Assembly: GCF_018977255.1 (NCBI RefSeq)
Contig: NW_024704743.1
Coordinates: 31,560,001 to 31,624,000 of the forward strand
DNA: 64,000 bases
Direction of reading: 5' to 3'
Origin: Callorhinchus milii
Lineage: Eukaryota
The translations under genes and the position numbers were made by a program. Shown piece after piece: positions 1 through 12,832 of this stretch; positions within the stretch are counted from its first letter, which is position 1; every line of letters begins with the position of its first letter. The notes beneath the pieces were generated by a model. It was not told the DNA's origin. It made no database searches and saw only the letters and a program-made list of their open reading frames with translations.

Positions 1-204
1 TCTTGTCAGCCCTTTGACAAGCTTGCATGATTCTTCATGCATGTGTTTCTTTTAATAGTCAGCCTTAACATAGACGCACACGTGTGCAGATTTTTTATGT
101 GCCCGTTCAGGTAGAACGCAATAAAAATTATGAAACCTAAATATAATTGGAAAAGAATAGCTACCCTAATTGGTTCAGACTGCAGTATGTTCCTCTGCTT
201 CTCA

Positions 205-235
<31 letters not shown>

Positions 236-276
236 TCCTTTACACTCCCCATCCCTCTTCTGTACTCTCTCTATTC

Positions 277-580
277 TTCGGATGAGGTGTTAAATCGAAA
301 TCCCGTCTGCCTGTTCAGGTGGACATTAAAGATCCCATGACACTATTCAAAAAGAGTAGAGTGTTTCTTCTGATGTCCTCACCAACAATCCTCCAAAATA
401 AATTTGTCACTCACTCCATGGCAGTTTGTGGGATATTGCTGTGCGCAAACTGGCTGCAGTGTTTCGCCTACAAAATACAGTCAATCCACTTTACAATATA
501 TCCTGTAAAGCGCTTTGCGACCTCTTGACATGATAAGACGCCATATCAAAGGTAAGGATTATTAAGGAATATTATTATTA
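277..580 (+). mobile_element. Deu-type SINE (family A), 5'-truncated
   Basis: Central domain ggatgag..ttaaa..ccgtctgcctgttcaggtggacattaaagatcccatg, the shared 3' tail and (ATT)n. Confidence 0.8.
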
Positions 581-644
581 TACATTCAAGGACCAAAATT
601 CCATCTGGTCTTAGCCAGTAAGACCATTTATACTGAATAATAAC

Positions 645-1596
645 ATAATAATAATAACCCTTGCATTTTGTATTGCACCTTATCACATCAGAAGGATGTC
701 TCAAAGCACTTCACAGGAATTACTGTGAAATGAAGAGACTGTGTGTTTCTTGGCAAATGCAGCAGTATAGTTGCACAAAGTAATGTCCCACAAACAGCCA
801 TCAACAACAACAACAACAAGATTCCATTTATAGAGCGCCTTTCATGTCGGGAGGACGTCCCAAGGCGCTGGACAGTTGGGTCAGGACCTGAGCAGGAGGG
901 AAATGGTGAAGGGAGGGAAGGGAGGGAGCGAGGAGGGGGTAGAGAGTCGAGAGGGGAGCTGAAGGCACGGTCAAAGAGAAAGGTCTTGAGACTGGCCTTG
1001 AAGGAGGAAAGGGTGGAGGCGGCGAAGGCACTTGGGGATGGAGTTCCAGAGCCTGGGGGCTGAGAGGCTGAAGGCCCGACCACCGATGGTAGGGCGGTTG
1101 GGGCGGGGGACGTGGAGCAGACCGGAGCCAGAGGAATGGAGGGTACGGGCAGGTAGGTAGGGGGATAGTAGGTCAGAGAGGTAGAAGGGAGCAAGGCCGT
1201 GAATGGCCTTGTAGGTGAGGATGAGGATCTTGAATTCGATCCTCTGGGGGATGGGAAGCCAGTGGAGGCGAGCAAGGGTGGGAGTGATGTGGTCGCGAAG
1301 CCTGGTGCGGGACAGTACACGAGCTGCAGAGTTCTGAACAATCAAACAAATGACCAATTTTATTTGGGGAATGTTGGCCAGGACCCTTCTCTTTTCGAAT
1401 AATGCCATGGGATTCTTTAACGTCCACCTGAACAGACAGAAGGGACCTCGGTTTAAACTCTTGTTTGAAAGACGGCACCTTTGACATTGCAATACATCCC
1501 CATCACTGCATTGGAGTTCAAGTCCTGACATGGGATTTGAATCCACAACCTTTTGACTCAGAGGCGAGAGTGCTACCACTGAACCAAGCTGACCCA
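645..1596 (-). mobile_element. Deu-type SINE (family A), full length, split by an L2 insertion
   Basis: tRNA-like head gtcagcttggttcagtggtagcac..ggattcaaatccc, central domain at 1345-1500, tail at 645-800. Confidence 0.85.
805..1340 (-). mobile_element. 5'-truncated L2-clade LINE (ORF2 C-terminus and 3' UTR) nested in a SINE
   Basis: Encodes VQNSAARVLSRTRLRDHITPTLARLHWLPIPQRIEFKILILTYKAIHGLAP...GGRAFSLSAPRLWNSIP, the typical L2 ORF2 end. Ends in (TTG)n and is flanked by ATCAA repeats. Confidence 0.9.
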
Positions 1597-2705
1597 ACTT
1601 AAAACTGAAGTTTTTTTGCAGTTCTTAAAAAGCACCGGCTTCTAACTTAAGACTGGATTCATGATTTTTTTTCATAGTTCTGCATGTCTTTGAATTGATT
1701 TTGTAAGATAGAATGGTCTTATATGCTAAATTGAAGTTGAACTTTGGGCTTATAGTTTTACATGCCCACACATCCTGTCTTTCTCTCTCTCTAATACACA
1801 CACATACACAGAGAGAACTTGAGAAAATAATTCAAGTGATATTAAGTAAATGTTGTCTTGGCATTTTAATTTAAGATAATAATTTACTTAATAGAAATGA
1901 GAAAAATCACAAGTAAGATTACCTGCCAGCAGTCTAGGCCTCCAAAATAATGCCTGTGATATTCGTTCCCCTATTATATGTCTCACTCTTACCCACCAAT
2001 GACACCCCATCCTCAATGGGAATGTGTTTTCTGCTTCCTGGAGTGACGGTACCACTGTGACGGCAGATACTGCAAGGATGGAATTCCCAATCTAGTCAAA
2101 TTCAATGTACTAAAGAGAGAGACTAGAGGTGTACATCTAATTTAAGGAACGTAGAAACTGGCAAGCCAATTCCTTTAACCTCTGGGAGATAATTTTGAAG
2201 CTAACCGAGAATGATGTCACAAAAGTACTGCAAGTGCAAGAATGCAAAGTGAAATCAGTTTGGACAGGTTGCAGTGAACATGAACATAGGAACATATAAA
2301 TTTACAATCTTGTGCAGCAGTAAAGAGCCTTCTGTGTGCTTCCTGGCCGGTTCCAATTTAGGAAAATATCTTAGTCTCTTATTCCTCCTAAATTGCTTCT
2401 TTCCCTGAGATTCCATCCAGCGACCTGTTAAATCTGCTCTCAGTTCAGCAAATATTGGCAATAAATTTACATTCTCAATCAGCGGAGCTACAGGGATAAC
2501 TTTCTGATGGGAGAGAAATTCACATTGGTACAATACACTTTATAATGAAATACATTAAATTATTTTTTCTTCCCAGAATCAAAAGCCTAATAAAGAGGGA
2601 AGAGAAAATTTTCAATGGAATCGCTTATGAGGAATTGATAACAGCACATATTATTATTACCGAAGTGTAGAGCTTCAGACGGTTTGGGTCAAACTAGAGC
2701 TTTTA

Positions 2706-2902
2706 AAAAAAAACAATAATAAATTGGTCATTTTCAATCCATGAGTGTTTGTGGGACATCGCTGTGCGCAATTGGCTGCCGCGTTCGCCCACAACTATAC
2801 AGTCAATTCACTTTACAGTATATTCTGTGAAGCGCTTTGGGACGTCTAGAAGATGTGAAAAGCGCTATATCAACTGCAAGGATTATTATTATTATTATTA
2901 CT
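2706..2902 (+). mobile_element. Tail-only SINE insertion with target-site duplication
   Basis: Shared SINE tail flanked by GAGCTTTTA at 2697-2705 and 2903-2911. Confidence 0.8.
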
Positions 2903-3089
2903 GAGCTTTTAGCTCATGTTATTCCAAACCTGGTAATGGTTAATGTTAACTTCAGCTGCAAAAATTGAGAGGATTCTTTTTAACCTTTTATTTGTTCTTC
3001 ACTACATATCTAGAATTATATTGCATGAAAATAATCCTCACCTAAAGGTAATCTTTGTTTCCACTTTGTATTGATTCATATTTTGAATC

Positions 3090-3310
3090 CCAAGTGCAAT
3101 GTGGCTAACAAATATCTATCCACCTCAGTCTTGAAAAATTTAATGGATCCAGTGTCCACAGTCTCTTGGGGGAGAGAGAGTTCCTGCTTTCCATTACCCA
3201 TTGTGAAAAAATGCTTCCTGATTTAACTCCTAAATGGCTTAGCTTTAATTTTAAGATTATGCCCCCCCCCTTATTCTGGATTACCCCACCAGAGGAAATA
3301 GTTTCTCTGT
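3090..3310 (-). mobile_element. CR1 3' fragment
   Basis: The minus strand resembles the CR1 end (FFSQWVMESRNSL..., then FSRLRWID). Confidence 0.6.
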
Positions 3311-3587
3311 AGCTAATGAGGGGAGGGAGGGAATAAGAGAGCCAGGGCAGAATGTGCCACTGCCCCATTTTGCTCTATGAGGTCTTTTTGCATTTTTAAT
3401 GCATTTGGAAATTTAATTCACCATCTTGGAGACATTTTTTAAGATAGTGACGTGTGTCACACACCCAGCTGACCAAAAAGATGTCACACCTAGCACTTTG
3501 AATGCTGTTTCCGAATAATACTGCATTGAAAATCTCTCCCTAACTCTCATTGTCTGTCAGTGATCTATCAGAGTGATATTTTATTTT

Positions 3588-3993
3588 GGTAATACTGTCA
3601 TCACTGAGTCAGAAGGTTGTGCGTTCAAGTTTTACATCTGGATTTTGAACTCACAGTCTAGGTTGACACTCCAAAGCTGGGGGTGTGCTGCATTGTTGGA
3701 GGTACCGTCTTTCAGATGAGGCATTAAACGGTGATCCTAATCTTGTATACCTGTTCAGGTGGACGTTAAAGATGGCATGGAAATATTCAAAAAGAATATC
3801 CTGGAACACAATCCCCTATTAAAATTGGGCATTGACTTCATCGCTTTCTGAGGGACGGTGCTATGGGTAGTGTGGCTGCCATGTTTTGCCTGCAAAATGC
3901 ACGGTCACTAGATTTTACAGTAAATCCTGTGAAGAGCTTTGAGACAGCCTCCTGATGTGAAAGGCACTATATCAAATGTGAGGATTATTATTG
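3588..3993 (+). mobile_element. Deu-type SINE (family A)
   Basis: Head, central domain and tail are collinear with other copies. Confidence 0.8.
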
Positions 3994-4104
3994 TTACTGT
4001 GGGGGCAATCATGAGATCATCAGCAGATACAGCACCACCCAGCAAGGGAAAGCTGCCCACCTCCCTATTCCCAGCTTAGTGCCCACTGCAGGATTTCTCG
4101 TCAA

Positions 4105-4255
4105 CAGCCCTTCCTAAAGACCTGCCTTTTTGATTATGCTTACGGTCATCTCCCCCTCCCTCTCCCCCTGGCTCGGGGTCAGACTCTGCCGCTATCAAAC
4201 CTCCAGGATGCTATCTGGCGTGAAGGGCGCTATATGAATGCAAGTTGTTGTTGTT
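4105..4255 (+). mobile_element. L2 3' end
   Basis: LKTCLFDYAY-like end, then aagggcgctatatgaatgcaagttgttgttg. Confidence 0.7.
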
Positions 4256-4589
4256 CACATTTAATGAACAGTATTTTCAAGTTCCAAAATATGGAAAACT
4301 GGAGTGTGACATTGTGCAGTGAAGCACTAAAATTAGTGTAACCTGATTTTTTAAATCTTCAAAATCAAAATGCTCTTCTCTTGTTTATAATTCCTGTGCT
4401 GCAATAGGCAACCCTCGCAGTATTACATCATCATTCCAATCCATACAGTGTCTGACAACTGGTCACACAATAGAGAGCATTCGCTTCTGCACTGTTTTTC
4501 TATGTAGGTAAAAGACAAAACTGAATTAGTGCTGGGAGCTGGATAACAGCAGACTGTTTTAATCCTAATCCTATCCTTCCATTCGTGTA

Positions 4590-4842
4590 GTGCCTTTCAT
4601 GTCAGGAGGACATCCCAAAGCGCTTCACAGGATATACTATAAAGTGTAGTGGCTGTATATTGTAGACAAATGCGGCAGCCAACTTGGGAACAGCAATATG
4701 CCACAAACAGGCGTGAATGAATTTTATCTGGGAGATTGTTGGCCTGGATACTTCCATATCTTTTCAAATAGTGCCGTGGGATCTTTAATGTCCACTGAAC
4801 AGGCAGATGAGGCTTCGGTTTACGTCTCATCTGAAGGACGGA
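4590..4842 (-). mobile_element. Deu-type SINE (family A) fragment
   Basis: gggatctttaatgtccactgaacaggcag..catctgaaggacgg plus tail. Confidence 0.75.
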
Positions 4843-5094
4843 TCAACGGTTCTTTGTATCAACTTCAAGTTGTCTGCAGCCTGGGGTCTCTGATGTATGA
4901 CAATTCCCTTGGGATTATTTCTCTTTCCTCTGGAGCATATAGTGATTTGTGTGTAAAGATACAACAGCCAGTCTTTTAAGTCAGAAAGCTTGGCGCAGAG
5001 CTGTGGGGAATATTACGATTTATATTCACAAAAGCAACTTGGTCAATGTGAATTAAAAAGAGGAGAATGGATAAAATAAATAAAATGAGTAATT

Positions 5095-5435
5095 ATAAAA
5101 ATAATCTTACATTTCGTATAGCACCTTTCACCTCAGGAGGACATCCAAAGAGCTTTACAAGATTTACTCTAATGTTTAATGATTGTGTCACTCTTAAGAG
5201 ACTGTGCCTCTTTTGTAGGTGAACGTTGCAGGAAATTGCGCCCAGCAATGTCCTACAAAAAGCCATGATGCGAATATCCAGTTTTGTTTGAAGGATTGTT
5301 GACCAGGACATTGGGAGAAAATCCTCTTTTAGAAGAGTGCCATGGGATCTTTAAAGTCCACCCGAACAAGCAGAAGGGACCTCAATTTAACATCTCATGT
5401 GAAGGACGGCACCTCTGACAACACAACAGATCCCC
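5095..5435 (-). mobile_element. Deu-type SINE (family A) fragment
   Basis: Central domain and tail. Confidence 0.75.
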
Positions 5436-5860
5436 ATTACTGGATTGGAGTGACAGCTTTTAGACTGTGTGAGTAGATCGTCGATACGGTTTTATATATG
5501 TATATATATATAAGATATACGCATTTCATAAATTTTGCAACATTGAAAGGATTACCAACAGGAGTTAAAAACTCTGAGTTGCAAATGAAATTTCCTTCCT
5601 GTAACTGGAGGTACATCTTGCCCACCAACAGCAATTTCAGTAGATCACATTAGAGTTGAATTCCCGCACATTGATGTGCTTATGGTTACTGCAAGTAGAC
5701 ACTATTTGTGAGTCTGAATTATTATTAACAACCCCTTTTACAAATTGCTGCAATTTAGGGTCAATGTAAGTTATTTTGATACTTAAAGATATGTTACCCG
5801 AACTCAGGAGATCTATATATATGGAATCATGAGTGCAATGAAATGTATGAGGAAAATTAA

Positions 5861-6457
5861 ACAACAATAAAATTACATTTGTATAGTGGCTTTCACGTCA
5901 GGAGGATGTCCCGGTGCTGGTCAGAGTTACAAACCCGAGCTGGGGGTGGGGGGTGGTGGGGTGGGGGCGGGCAGGGGGGGAGGCAGGGAGATCGAAAGCA
6001 CGGTCGAAGAGGAGGGTCTTGAGGTGGGTCTTGAAGATGGTGAGGGAGGGGGTGAGACAGAGGGACTGCGGGATTAAGTTCCAGAGGGTGGGTGCAGAGT
6101 GGCGGAAGGCCCGCCTAACAATAGTGGGGCGAGCAAGGCGGGGGATGTGAAGCAGGCTGGAGCCCGCTAAGTGGAGGGAGCGAACAGGGTGGTAGGGGGT
6201 TAGGAGATCGGAGAGGTAGGGGAGAGCAAGACCATGGAGGGCTTTGAAGGTGAGGATCAGGATCTTGAACTGTATCCTCTGTGTGATGGGAAGCCAGTGG
6301 AGTTGGGCAAGGATGGAGGTGATAGGGTCGTGGAACCTAGTGCGGCAGAGGACACGGGGTGCAGAGTTCTGGATGATCTGCAGCCTGTGGAGGGAGGAGC
6401 TGGGAAGGCCGACAAGCAGTGAGTTGCATAGTTGAGCCTCGATGTAATGAAGGCGGG
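5861..6457 (-). mobile_element. 5'-truncated L2 LINE
   Basis: Same 3' UTR and tail as 805-1340. The minus strand encodes AFITSRL.. and LQIIQNSA.. motifs. Confidence 0.85.
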
Positions 6458-9400
6458 CAGGCCGATAGTTTATGACGATAAGATCTTAAGTAGTTTGGAA
6501 AGTAACGGCACTTAGTGTTTCTGTGTCTTGTATTGTAATGTAATTGCGGACATCTGGGTTACTGGCCAAGTAGATAATGAGCATTAAACCAATAATTAAT
6601 GGGTGGGATGCCCTCAGTTAAACCCATTTACAATTTCACAGCACTTTTTGAATGCTAAATGTGGGTCATATTAAGGCTCATTGAGCCAGGATTTAAAAGC
6701 TTTCTTCCATAAGAGAAATGTCTCTAATCTAATAAATCATTTGGGTAGCTTCATCAGATAGGGCTGTGATCTATATAACGGCAGCTACTGGAAATCATGA
6801 GTATCTTTCAAATGCTGAGCAATTTTAGCACTTTTAGCCAAACTCCAATTTCTGTAGGTTTCTTACATTGAGGTTTAATATCCGAGATTCACACGGGGAT
6901 TAGTAATAGCGCATCCTGCAGATGATGCCCAATTGTGTCTGAACTCAAGTCTCTTTTACTCTGCTCAGATGCCTGTCTCTCAACTGAGTTTCTCTTTCTA
7001 CTTCCATAATGCTGGCTTGTAGGGTGGGGTGCTTGTAGACTTTGCTGTTTACAAATCATCTCACGAATACTGCAAGTCAGACTCCAGTTGTTACACAGAG
7101 AACAATATTTGATAGAAACAAATAGCACAGTAGCAAAATTAATTGGTGAATAGCCTACTACAAGGCAGGCCAGCTTTCAAATGTTTAAAATTAGGCACTT
7201 GAATGCCAAGGACAGCATTTTTCACAGACCTCTCCAGAATGTGAAAATATGAGATACAAGAGCCACCTCACAGTCTCCATAATCTCCTATCTGAGACCAT
7301 TCACTTAATAAACAATATCTGTGACTATGAAAACAAATGAATATTTTTGATGAAAAGAATGTCTTATTTAGACAGTGTTCAGTTAACAAGGAAGATAGTT
7401 ATGTTGTTGCTGCTTAATTGTTGTCCACTATTCGTCACTAACCATTCATCAATGCCTGATATGCCACCATGGTTTTGATGGTCCTGCATCTTTGGCTTCA
7501 GTTCTCCGCTTGGAGTAAGCGAGTACCGTCCACTATTTATATGGTCATGAGATATTTTAACCCATGGTTGTTCTTTCTCGGACTCATTTGAATCAGCTCC
7601 TAACCTGCTGCTTACCGCAACAATACAATTTACATTTATACAGCGCTATTCACACCGAGAGGACTTCTCAAAGCATTTCACACTGCTGGTTGGGCACCTG
7701 AGTTGGGGGTAGGAATTGAGGGGTTGAGGAGGGTAAAAATGACTGAAAGCACTGTTGAAGAGGTAGTCTTCCTGTGCTGCATTGATACACCTTAAAGTAT
7801 TGTCACAGGTTCACAGTCTCTATGCCATCAGTGCAATGTATTGTCACACAGGATGCTTAATGCCACACAGCATGACGATGATCGCTATAATACGGATGAA
7901 AATAATTTCTCCTTATTCACTCTATCAAAACCTCTCATGATTTCAAAGACCTCTAACAGGTCTCTCCTCTGTACAGTCTTAGAACAACTAGCACCAATTG
8001 TAAGCTGACCAAATTTAATGTAGCAACGTGAAGAGAATTCCCGCGTAATGGAGGAATGGTGGCTGAATGCTTCACCATCAATGGTATAGCAAAGGAATTG
8101 GAGAACAAACAATAGACCAGAGTTCGAAGAGTGGAGAATATGGGCTGGAATATAAGGCTGGAGAAGATTGAATAGGTAAGTGGGGCAAGAATATGAGGAT
8201 ATTTGAAGACTAGAACAGTGATCTTCTACTCAATCCTTGGAGGTAATGAGGGTTAATGCTATTAGGTGAGGATGCATTCAGTGGATGTGCAGAACCTCAC
8301 ACAGGAGAAGACTTCAGCTACAAAGTTCTGAATCAGTTGAAGTTTCTGAAACACAGAGGCTGGTGATGAGGGCATTGCAAAAATGTGTGTCTGAGGGACT
8401 CAAAGTAATGATCAGGGGTTCAGCAGCAATGGGTGAAGTCAGGCAAGTGGGCAATTTTCTGGAGGTGGAGAAGGCTGTCTTGGCAATAGTCCAGATGTGG
8501 CATTGCAACAGCTGAGAGTCAGGCAGAATGGAAAGGTTTTGCATCATCTGATTCACCTGAGAGGCAATCAGAGACAGATACGTGTAAGTGCTGTGAGAAC
8601 TAAAAAAGATGGCTGCAGCTGCAGAAAGTTTTGACTCCCAGATATGATTTAGATGATCATTGCACACGTAAAGACTTACAATATTAACTGCAGGGGAACT
8701 GAAATTGTTCTTGTGGGGAAAGGAGAAAGTCTTATAAATCTAACCTTTATTGCAGCTTCGTACTTTTTTTTGCAGACTCGGCAGATTATTTTCTGGAAAT
8801 AATTGTACGATAATAGATTGAAGAATAAAAAAGCAATGTAAAATACATTTTACCCCCTCAAGGGAAAAATCTTTCTGGCGTTTCATTTTCCCTTTCCTAC
8901 AGTCACGATGTTGAAGAATTGGAGTGAAAATATGTAAATCTAACAAGGCGTTCATGAATTATGCAAATAAAGCAGTCTACAGCACAGAGTCGATGACAAA
9001 AATAATGCAGAAAAAGTGTTTATTCAGGGAACCCACATTTAATTAACAGTGTTAGGAGCCTTATCAAACTAGAGGGAAACTAATTTCAAAGCTTCATGTT
9101 CAAACAGATTATATAATTAAATGTTCTGCAGGTAGAATGAACGCATTGTATCTAACATACAGTAATTGTTCTAGGAAAGTTATGCAGTAATCCTGCTTGT
9201 TGAATGGCAGGCGGGTAGAAAATCTACAGCATCCGAATGATTTAACTTTAAAATATGCTGGAGCAAAAGGTCTTTGGGCTACCGCAAGGATATGTTGATA
9301 ATAAAACACCAAACACTCTCAGAAAAAAAAGTGATTTCTCAAGATTTTTCTGCCCAGTTTTCCCAGGGGAGAAGTGCAGCATTGCAGACAGACAGATGAA

Positions 9401-11031
9401 GCAGGTAAATGCATGAATTATTTTATTTCTTTTTTTNATTTCATGTATAAACTGCATCAGCTGTCAGTCCTTCATTCTCCCTCGTCTCCCTGGAGGAATC
9501 CTGTAACATAGAAATATGGAAAATGTTCCACTTCCTCTGACATTCCTTGCTGGAACATTATAAATATATAGTTACATCCTGCATAAATAATGCGTTTAAT
9601 TAGAACATTGCTGTCAATGTCAAAAATATTTAGAATACAGTATCCTTACTCTAAAATATGGATTAGAGAGGTTCATCACAGCAAGGTAATTTTATTAGTA
9701 AATGTTTTATTATTCCTAATTCCCTCCCCTCCTCTTCTGAAGGTGCTGACACAGGTCCAGTTATTGCTTCATAGGTACTATAAAAATAATAATAAGAATT
9801 CTTGCATTTGATGTAGCGCCTCATCACGCCATTCAGACATCCCAGAATATATTGTAAAGTGAATTGACTCGATATTTTGTGGGCAAAACTAGCATCCTGG
9901 ACCTTGCTTTAGTGATCCTAGTCTACGGGTGGGAGAGTAAGTGGAGGGACATTTCAGAAGGGTGAGTGAGATCAAATGGGCTAAACCTCTATGTTTTCTA
10001 TGTGTGAACGCAAATTTCAATTTCTCATTTCAAGCCTTCGATTGTAAGTCATTTAAGGGATTTGAGCAAATAACCCAGGACAGAAACTGGCACCGAATAG
10101 CCTCCATAGAACAGCTTCCACAGAAAAGCTTTAAACTTTCTAATATTCCTAAAATATGCACTGTCCTTTTTATCCCCCATCACCTCTGGGACAATGGGAA
10201 TTCTGTAGTTGGTTATCACAGGTCTTTGCCTCCTGCAGTACATCTTATTATGTTTCAAAAGCTAATTTAGAGGTTTTCTCGTACAAAGGAATACTTCAAA
10301 CAAGCAGATTCTTGACTCCTATTAATTAGAACTGCACCTTTGTGGTATTCTTTCTTATGCAGTGTCATCTTTCGGAGCTAAAAAATAGCCCTCGGTATTT
10401 AATCATATCTATCATACTACAGGCCACCTTCAGAGGCTGAACATTCAGCTATTATGCCCCCACTCTCTGGCACTCTCTTCCTAGATCCCATTACCTAGCT
10501 CCTCCTGCCTTCAAATTCTTTTAAAAAAAAAACACCCTCTTTGACTGCTTTTGGCCAACACCCTTAAGTTCACCTTCACCTCCTCCTTGCTGAGTGCTCT
10601 TTATTGTTTCTGTGAAGCATTTTCAGATGTTCATTGCATTTGAAAAAGTATGACTGGTGCTATGGGAGGATGGTAGGGTGGGTATTCTGGAGGGATGAGA
10701 TCAGCTCGGCCAGAGGACCTTCTTTATCCAAACCAATCTTGTGATATAAATGCATGTTGTTGTTGATTTTGTTGGAGTCTGGTACCTGGCAGAGGAGAAA
10801 TTTTGATTTTGCTCAGCTGGGTATCTGAAATATGTAGAAACACATTACCGATCTTGAGAGTATCCAGGGTCAAATCTTAATGTGTGTTGGGTTACTGCTG
10901 GAGTTTGACCAGCTAAAACCACGCATCTGGCAAACAGAGGAGGAAGAGGAGAGAAAATTGAAGAAAGAAAATTGGTCGAGAAAAAAAAGTTTAAAAACGA
11001 TTTTGCAGCTAGTGTGAATTGAGGAATATTT

Positions 11032-11463
11032 GTCAGCCTGGATCATTTGGTAACGTTCTGGCCAGAAAGTCATGGGTTCAAGGCCCACATCAGGATTTTG
11101 AGCTCACTGTCCAGCCTGACACTCCACAATATGGTGCTGGGGCTTGGAACGCTGCATTGTTGGAGGTGCCATCCTTCAGATGAGATGTTAAACAGAGGAC
11201 CCATCTGCCTGTTCAGGTCGACGTTAAAGATCGCATGATACTTTTGTGAAGAGAAAAGAGAGTTTTCTTCCAGTGCCCTGGCCAACAATCCCCCAAATAA
11301 AATTGGCCATTCACTTTGAGGCTGCCTGTATGCAAATTGACTGGCGCATTTTTGATGCCTATAAAATACACAGTCATTACACTTTACAGTAAATCCTGTG
11401 AAACACTTTGAGACATCTCAACGATGTGGTAAGGTGATATATCAAATACAAGAATGATTATTA
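11032..11463 (+). mobile_element. Deu-type SINE (family A), full length
   Basis: Head with gggttcaag B-box, central domain and ATT tail. Confidence 0.85.
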
Positions 11464-12477
11464 TGAAACACAAGACCTCTGGGTGATTACACCTACACAC
11501 TGTCAGCTTTGTGCTGCCCTTTCAACACTGGTATTCTGAAACACTTAATATGCCCCCCACCCCCACCAAGATTAAAATACGTCACACAATAATAATATTC
11601 ACATTGGGACAAAATGCGCTGTTGCAGCAAAGTAAAACATGGACCGCCAAAGCCACAGTGTTGAGCTGCTTCCTGCACAGCCTCAAGAAAGTGTACGAAC
11701 CAAACCCAGGAGAGCGTATTGTATGAGAGCACAAAGAGTTGCTGCCAATTCAAAGCACTGTGGTTACCAGCACACTGCAGAGATGCTCCAAGGTCGTTCC
11801 AGACACTGGGCGGCCCCATGCATATCTGCTCACAATACGCTGGCACTCAGAAGCCAGGGCTGCACACTGCGAAGACAAAACAATGCCCCGAAGAGACTGG
11901 TGCGTGCGTTGTGTTGACAGTGAAATGTGTTAAGCTGCGTGGCCGTGCCTGCATTTAGTCATGCGGAGAGGGGCTGATGAGCCCTGTGCTCAAAGTCACC
12001 GCACCTGGACAGGGCTGGAGCGATACCTGAGGGCCTGTTTACACCATCACTTTTAATTCACATCTCGGCTAAGCTTCCAGCTGCTCCGGCAACAGAGGAT
12101 GGATCACCAAACGCTGCAAAATCAACAAAGCGTGCGGCCACATGTGTGCCTGTCAGTCAGTGTCCTGGGGTCAGAGCTGCTGCGAAGCAGTATGAAAGCA
12201 CCTCCGCTTCGGTAAACCGCGCACAGGGATCGATTCAGACTTGCACAGGGCACACATCCACAGCCACACACAGATATGGAAATATACACACACACACAAT
12301 CGTATCTCTTGGTAGTCTCCACGTTGCAAGGCTGAATGAGAAACTTATCGCTGGAGCCATCGGCAGCAGTGTTTTTTAACCCTTCGAGTACAGAGGATGG
12401 GTTTATTCACCTGGTTTTGTTCAGGCTGCAGGGCTGGCAATGAGAACTTGCTTTGTGTAGAGTCATGCCGAGGACGA

Positions 12478-12832
12478 CCATAATAATAATAATAATAAGA
12501 ATAATCATAATAATAATCATAATAATAATCATAATAATAAGAATAATCTTTGCATTTGATATAGCACCTTATCATATTGTTGAGGATCTCAAAGCGCTTC
12601 ACAAAATATATTGTAAAGTGGATTTACTGTATAATTTGTGGGCAAAACGTGGTAGCCAATTGGACACAGCAATGTCACACAAACAGTTGTGGATTCAGTG
12701 ACCAAATTATTATTATTTTTTGAGGGGATTATTACCCCCGGATAGCGATCCGCAAATCAACTAACAACTGGACTCCTACTTATTGCTTGGTAAACAAAGG
12801 AGTGTGGAGTAAGGAAACTTGCCTAAGATTTT
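12478..12832 (-). mobile_element. Family B SINE, 5'-truncated, with a long (ATT)n tail
   Basis: ggagtaaggaaacttgcc, shared tail and an expanded TAA repeat at 12478-12548. Confidence 0.8.

Noticed and set aside
688..1597. 217-aa and 208-aa ORFs as host genes
   Set aside because: They are chimeras of SINE and L2 sequence.
9437..9437. Ambiguous base n (also at 36990)
   Set aside because: It is a sequencing ambiguity next to a T homopolymer, not biology.
9941..10270. Possible exon or restriction-like endonuclease LINE remnant
   Set aside because: Similarity is faint and spread across frames, with no convincing splice sites.
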